Below are positions 56,490 through 64,000 of a stretch of 64,000 bases of DNA, piece by piece. The notes below the pieces were generated by a model. That model searched no databases and was not told the DNA's origin. It saw only the letters and a program-made list of their open reading frames with translations. The translations under genes and the position numbers were made by a program. The DNA is from the human T2T-CHM13v2.0 reference genome, Homo sapiens. Every line of letters begins with the position of its first letter. The first letter of the stretch is position 1. The stretch lies in assembly GCF_009914755.1 (NCBI RefSeq), contig NC_060932.1; one strand, given 5' to 3'.

Positions 56490-56735
56490 TGTTTAATAGA
56501 GGGTTAAGAACCCAGACTCTAGAGCTAGTCTTCCTGGGTTGAATCTAGGCAGTAACATCTTGAACTATGGGATCTTAGGGAATTTATTTAACTATTATGA
56601 GCCTCAGTTCCCTCCTCTTTAAAATGAGGATAATCATGGCACCTACCTCATAAGGTTGTCATGGGGATTCCAGAAGTTTTTGTACGTAAAGTAGAACAGT
56701 GGCTGGCCACAAACAGGTGTTTGCATTATTATTAA
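56490..56735 (+). mobile_element. MIR SINE
   Basis: Reads ggttaagaacccagactctagagc...gagcctcagttccctcctctttaaaatgaggataat...ctacctcataaggttgt. Confidence 0.75.
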
Positions 56736-57117
56736 AGTGTTGATTTTGCGGACCCAAGGAGCTACGATGCTGTATCTGTGAATGAATTATACTAACAAAA
56801 GCACAAGTAAATGGTGTTGAGGTTCTTATACCTATTTTCTGCATTCATGAGTGTCATGTCAAATAAGAGTGGGGCCTATTTTAATTTTGGTTGTTGTTTT
56901 TATTAAGATTGGGAAAAAGATTATTGTCTGGACAGAGTTTTGAGATTATTAGCAGAGTAAGACAACCGGAATAGACATTGATACTGTCAAACATTTTGGT
57001 ATGCGTCCTGGACTCAGTTATTTTAAATTCTGATTCTTTGAAAAGTCAGCTGGCTGACTCCACATGAGGAATCTCACAAAGATATTTCACCAGATCAATT
57101 AGTTCTTTTACATTTAC

Positions 57118-57218
57118 CTTGAAGAAGGAAGCAAACTTTGTATTGCCGTGATAAATAGAAGAACGATAAATGCACAGACCAAGTTTGACTTGAACACTTC
57201 ATCCCTCATTTGAGAATA
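57118..57218 (-). CDS. ADCY8: ADCY8 coding exon (about exon 9), 101 nt: [33 protein letters not shown](R); end of C1b and start of transmembrane cassette M2
   Basis: Acceptor is a CT/T-rich tract followed by aattacag|TAT; donor is TCAAG|gtaaat. It has 33 codons plus AG, which matches the phase of the next exon. Not in the ORF track. Confidence 0.95.
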
Positions 57219-58698
57219 CTGTAATTAAAAAAAGAGAGAATGAGTTACTTTGCAGCAGAGTGCAGTGTTTGAGGTTGAGGGAAACATCAAGAAGAAACAA
57301 GGCAATTAGATTTTTTTTAAATTAAGAATAATTCATATCTTAATAAAACCTTCACAGAGCATTATCCCCATCCCTCCTGCCAACTTTCCAGTGAGAGCCC
57401 AGGAGTAAATACAATGGGAGGGATACTTTGCATGAGCTTATCCAGTTCTTCCCCTCCCTCTGAACTAACATTATTTTAACAGAACAGAAGAGCGCACATC
57501 CATATATGCAGCAAATCAAATTTGCATTGACTTTCTTCATGAGTAAACTTAAGTCATTTAAGGATCTTGCACTGTTTCGTGTTAAGTTTGGGAACACAGG
57601 GAAATGTTTTACCAGGAAGTCTTTCTGCCTCCTTTTTTTTATTAAAAATAAATTCTCAGGCTCTTAAAATAGAAAATAGCCTAAGAGATCTCCAGCTAGT
57701 GTAGCCTTTTCATTTCACAGAAGAGAAACCAAGACTAATAGACCAATATGCTTGATGCCCTTCGTGTCTGCTCAAGGCAGCCCTGGGGAATGGTGGTAAC
57801 TTTATTTTGATTATCCAGAGTACTCAGTAATTTCATTGTCTAGCTTTAAAAGCTTCTAGAAGGTCAGCACTCAATGTGTATTTGCCTTACTTCTGCCTAC
57901 TCTCTTGAACTATCTTGGAGTTACTAAGCTGGGGAATATCTACTTCCTCCAGAAGGTGGGAAAGTTTTTAAAACTGAAAAAGACCTTAGAATTAGCCTAA
58001 ACCAAGCCCCACATTTGACCTTAATGAGAGAGAGGACTAGTAGCAGGCAGGTTATTTTATTTTTGGGGGATAGAAAACTAAGTGTCACTTTGGAACTTTG
58101 TAATCTCTGATTTGCATTTCATGGTTACTTCAAACAAGAAGCTGGCAAATAGAGGTCTCACAACATCTTAGGCTCTATGTCCACAATACCAAGACAAGGT
58201 TTCAGTCAGGTCAAGAAATAATAAAATCAGTCCAATCTGTTGTTGGTATGGTGTTTGCAATAAACAGTTACATGATTTTTATTCTTTTCTGACTTCTTGG
58301 TGTGGTCTGGGTTTTAGACTGAACCCCACTTCTTAGTGTCATAGCTAAGGTTTGGAGAATATCCTGTAGTTGTTGAGCTCTCTGGATGAAGCACAATGCT
58401 GTTCAGAGACTGCACAGTTATTGCTTTTGCAGGGCAATGCTTTTTCTACTCTCCAGTATTGAGGCCTCTGTCCACTTGCTGGCAACCTGCTTGTTATCTG
58501 GAGGGAAACCAGGAACATGGCTCTGAAGAATCACTTTAAGCCATCCTCAACCCTGATAAAACCACAGAAAGCCCATATTATTAATATTATTAATAGTTAC
58601 CAATAGTGCTACCCAAGAACAGGTCACAATCATAGAGGCCTACACAGAGCAGCTTGAAAATTAATTAGCCACAAAGCAGTTAATTCAAAGAAAGATAA

Positions 58699-59087
<389 letters not shown>

Positions 59088-59173
59088 GGCTACTGGTTAA
59101 TTTCAAACCAGCATGGTTGCGTAGATTTGATAATGAAAATTTAAAAACAGCAGTAATAATCATTTTAGTGTAG

Positions 59174-59596
<423 letters not shown>

Positions 59597-60629
59597 CTTT
59601 TCTTCTTTTATGTCATCCACCCATCATCATCATGAACATCACCACCTGTCATCATCACTATCATCATCACAGCATCCTGGAGCTGTAATTGACCATTGCC
59701 TTCCCAATTCAGAAATCCTTTTCATAACATTCTTGATGTCTCCTCAAATGTCTGTTGATTATCATCCGATGACCTTCTCTGCTTTATCTGGGAAAGTGGG
59801 TTTCTTTTCTCTGGTCCTAAGCAGGGCATCTCAGGATTCTAAACACCCTCAAGTTGAACACTCAGATCCTGAGCCTGAGAGCTCATTGCTTTGCAAAGGC
59901 TTCCTTTCCATTATTGGCCCATGATCCTATGAAAAGATCCCTTCCTATAGATCCCAAGCCTGAGTCTCTGTGACTACTTTTATGAAGGTTTTTTACTGAT
60001 GACTTAAAAAATGTGACATAATCATCATTTGTCCAGACTAAAGTTGCGTAAGATATTATATTTTCAATTTTCTTCAGATGGCAAATTGGGTGGAGACAAA
60101 GTACGGAGACGTACTTTGCTTTTAGATTTGTCACTATTTTATTGTGAGCAAAGCCAATTTCTTTGAACCTCACTTTTCTTATCTGTCAAATGGGAACATT
60201 AATATAGTTCATAAGTTTGGCGTTAATGTAGTTCATAAGTTTGAAGCATTCTATTATTTTCCTGTTTGAACTTCAGTGCCTAGCATAATCACATAAAAGA
60301 AGAATCTTATAATTGTGAAGTTGACATCATCAAATATAAAATGCTGTGTTTCAGAATGTGGTGCATTGTTACTCTGGAAATGCAAGGAGAGCAGGACTTC
60401 GAAAAGAAAATTCCTAATTGGCTCAGAATGATAGAGTACTGAGATTGATTAGTGATTCATTTAACTTCCTCTTGACTTGTAAAGGTCTGAACACTCTGGC
60501 TCATAGCTTTATTAAGTTAGTTGTGTGCTTATTGCCTGCCAAAGTTAAGGACTCCTTGTCTCATCTCTGTTCTGTCCTCACCTGGCCCCACTTATCCTTT
60601 TATATCTCAGTTGTGAACATGAACTAATC

Positions 60630-60845
60630 AAGAGCTAGATTAACTGGATTTGAATCCCAGCTCTAACACCTATGCAACCTTGGACAAAATCTTTAAGCTT
60701 TCTATGTCTCAGTTTCCTTATCTAGAAAATGGATACAATAATAGGAATTATCTCATAAGGGTTACTGGGAGAATGAAATGAGGTAATATATATAAGATGC
60801 TTAGAACAGTGCCTTCCACGATAACCCTATATAAATGTTACCTAC
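60630..60845 (+). mobile_element. MIR SINE
   Basis: Reads ctggatttgaatcccagctct...tctcagtttccttatctagaaaatgga...cttagaacagtgcc. Confidence 0.75.
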
Positions 60846-62595
60846 TGTCAATCAATTAATTATACTTATTTTATTTCTATACTTTCATCTATGTGAAGCT
60901 TGCCTTTTCAATGTTGTTGCCTTGCAGGATGCTGTCTTCTATTCCTCTGTACAGTATTGTACCTTGCACTCAGCGGTGACCCCAAAAGTGTTGACTGATT
61001 TTTCCACCATGTTATAAAAGATTCTTCTAAAGAAATTATGACCTCCTGTGTGTTTTTTAACTTGGAAGAAGACCCCACTCTCATTATTCCCCTTGCTTCT
61101 TGAAAGATTACCCACCACCGGGTAGAATTCTTAACTTTTCTAGGATCCTTAGGAAAAGTGTTCTTGGAAATGACCTGTGAACCCTTGTAATTTACTGAGC
61201 CCTTGGTCTACAAGAGAACTTGGCAATCACACACACACACACGCACGTGCACACACACACACATATGTATATAGATATATATTTTTTTCAGATAGGAAAC
61301 TTGAGGATCAGAGATGTGAAAGAGCTTGTCATAGTCAGTTGGTGGCAAAATTCAGACACTTGGAACAAATTACAAATACTTCTTCGGAGATCTTAGATTA
61401 GGATTTGGAATATTATTATTTCTCAATCTTTAGGGTCTTAGTTGATTCAAAAAAAGGTCAAAATCTAGGATAAGGAATTTGAATAATAAGGACTAATATC
61501 TAGTGCAAGGCTGGTGCTGTGATACACGCTTTACATGAATGTTCTCATTTAACTATTGCAACTCTTGAAGAAGGTCTTGTTTATAATATCCTCACTTTGT
61601 AGATAAAGAAACTGAGGGTTTGAATAACTGAGTAACTCAACCACACCTTCACAGATTGCAAATAGAGAATCCAGTGAGTTTTGCACTAGAATGCAGGGAC
61701 TCACTGGCTACTGCTTCCTTGCTATTTTCAGAGTAAGGCTATCTTGTTCATAGGTGCATGATCAGATTTCTTGGGTATATTTCAGTGATGCAATTTAAGA
61801 TATACAGAAAGGGAATGTGTTAAAAATTTAAGCCTATGTAAATCTTGGTTAGAATGAAAGTAAAGCATATGGGCAAAGAATGGACATTAGAAACAGCCTA
61901 AAAATTAGTTTAATAAAATGCCACTGCTATATTTTCCTGATTGATGAATGGATCCTCATCACAATGCAATGCAAAATAATGAGCCCCTTTTTAGGCCAGG
62001 ATGGGTGAACTGATAATAGGGAAGAAAACAAAAGACAGTAGATTTTATTTAAATGCAACAGAAGGAGAGTGACCACAATCTTCAAATGATAAACAAATCA
62101 TTTCAAAAATGAAAATTCCTGTTTGATTTGATGAAGTTCAGACCCATTCCTTCCAAGGAAGTGGAGCAGGATAAACTTGTGTTTCATTTTGTTCATGTCT
62201 GGGGATTCTGGCCCTGAATTATCTTGAAAGACATATTCAGAAATGAAATCATAGTCATGAGGGTCAATGGGTTTTTAGATCCACCACAAAGAAGCTGAGA
62301 AACCCCAGTCTGATCACATGCAAAACAAATCTATTTCAGATTTCTTATCCACAGAGAGATGATCAGGGAAGTTCGTTTACAGAGGTGATGGACAGAGCTT
62401 CCAGCCTTCCATGTTTCCATGCCTGGGATAGTCCTAAGAACTCTTCCTAGGTGAGGGGGAGGAAAACCACAGTGCTTTCCTAGACTCTCCATTTTGACTG
62501 TAAGCTAAAAGGCACTGAAAGATTCTTACATTTCTACAAGATGTAGAAGATGCTTATAACTAAAACAATTATCTAGTTAATTGCCTAAACTGTAA

Positions 62596-62904
<309 letters not shown>

Positions 62905-63258
62905 ACTCTGTCTTTTTATCAAAGATTGTAGGTGAGATTACAGAATCTTCTAGGTGGAATGAATTGTATTTGTCATCTTGTTCCAATCTTTACTAATGCC
63001 AGTTTAACTCACTAATATCTCTCAGGTATAAGCTGTTAACTCCTGCTTGAATATTTCCAGTGTTGGGGGAAATCAAGTCCTCAATTGGGAGCCCATTTCA
63101 TTTTTGGATAAATTTAGTTTGATTAAATAAAATTTTCTAGCACATCTTTTATTAGTATATATTAATATAGTTGTAAAAGAAAATTCTCAACTGGGATAAC
63201 CTGTTCATTTTGCATTAGTGGATGAAGAAATTTAACCACTGTTCTGTTGTTAAATTCA

Positions 63259-63666
<408 letters not shown>

Positions 63667-64000
63667 TCAGTAATTTTTGAATTTCAAAATAGGCCATCTT
63701 CTCTATCTTGGTTCCTACACCAATAAAATTATTATTAAGAGCAATTAATTCTATGAGTGACAGGTGAGTGTGCAGAATGTCTCACTGACATACTTCTTCC
63801 CAAGCAAACTGACCTCTGAACAAATGTGGATTTAATCATGTTAAGTTGACTCACAAGGAAACATGCTAACATGCGTTTAAGATTGATGGGCTTCAGAAGT
63901 GCAAGGCTGGGAGGACACCTGCCCAGGGGTGACAGAAGACCCTAGGTTGGTAATACATTTCCTAATGTTATGTCCTTCCTTGATAGCGGGGTTAGACTGG

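Overview
This is primate (almost certainly human) genomic DNA lying wholly inside the ADCY8 gene (Ca2+/calmodulin-stimulated adenylate cyclase 8), transcribed on the minus strand. Six coding exons were found by hand, all with GT-AG ends and consistent phases: 57118-57218, 38873-39074, 36695-36784, 27492-27664, 12569-12647 and 5296-5454. Together they give 804 nt (268 codons), covering the second transmembrane cassette and the helix leading into C2a. The numbering (exons 9-14) is from recall. The ORF track misses three of these exons, including the 90-nt cassette that carries the N-glycosylation loop. The rest is intronic and repeat-rich: nine Alus, L1s of several ages (including a sense-oriented block of about 9 kb), L2, MIR, MaLR solo LTRs, DNA-transposon MITEs, and an internally deleted two-LTR ERV1 provirus with a tRNA-Pro primer-binding site. 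I see no evidence for a novel gene system. The best leads are the splice architecture of the 90-nt exon, a duplicated acceptor at exon 10, the retained OCT/KLF/CCAAT/TATA motifs in the 5' LTR only, and several nested or templated insertions. Repeat subfamily names are recalled from consensus sequences, not searched.
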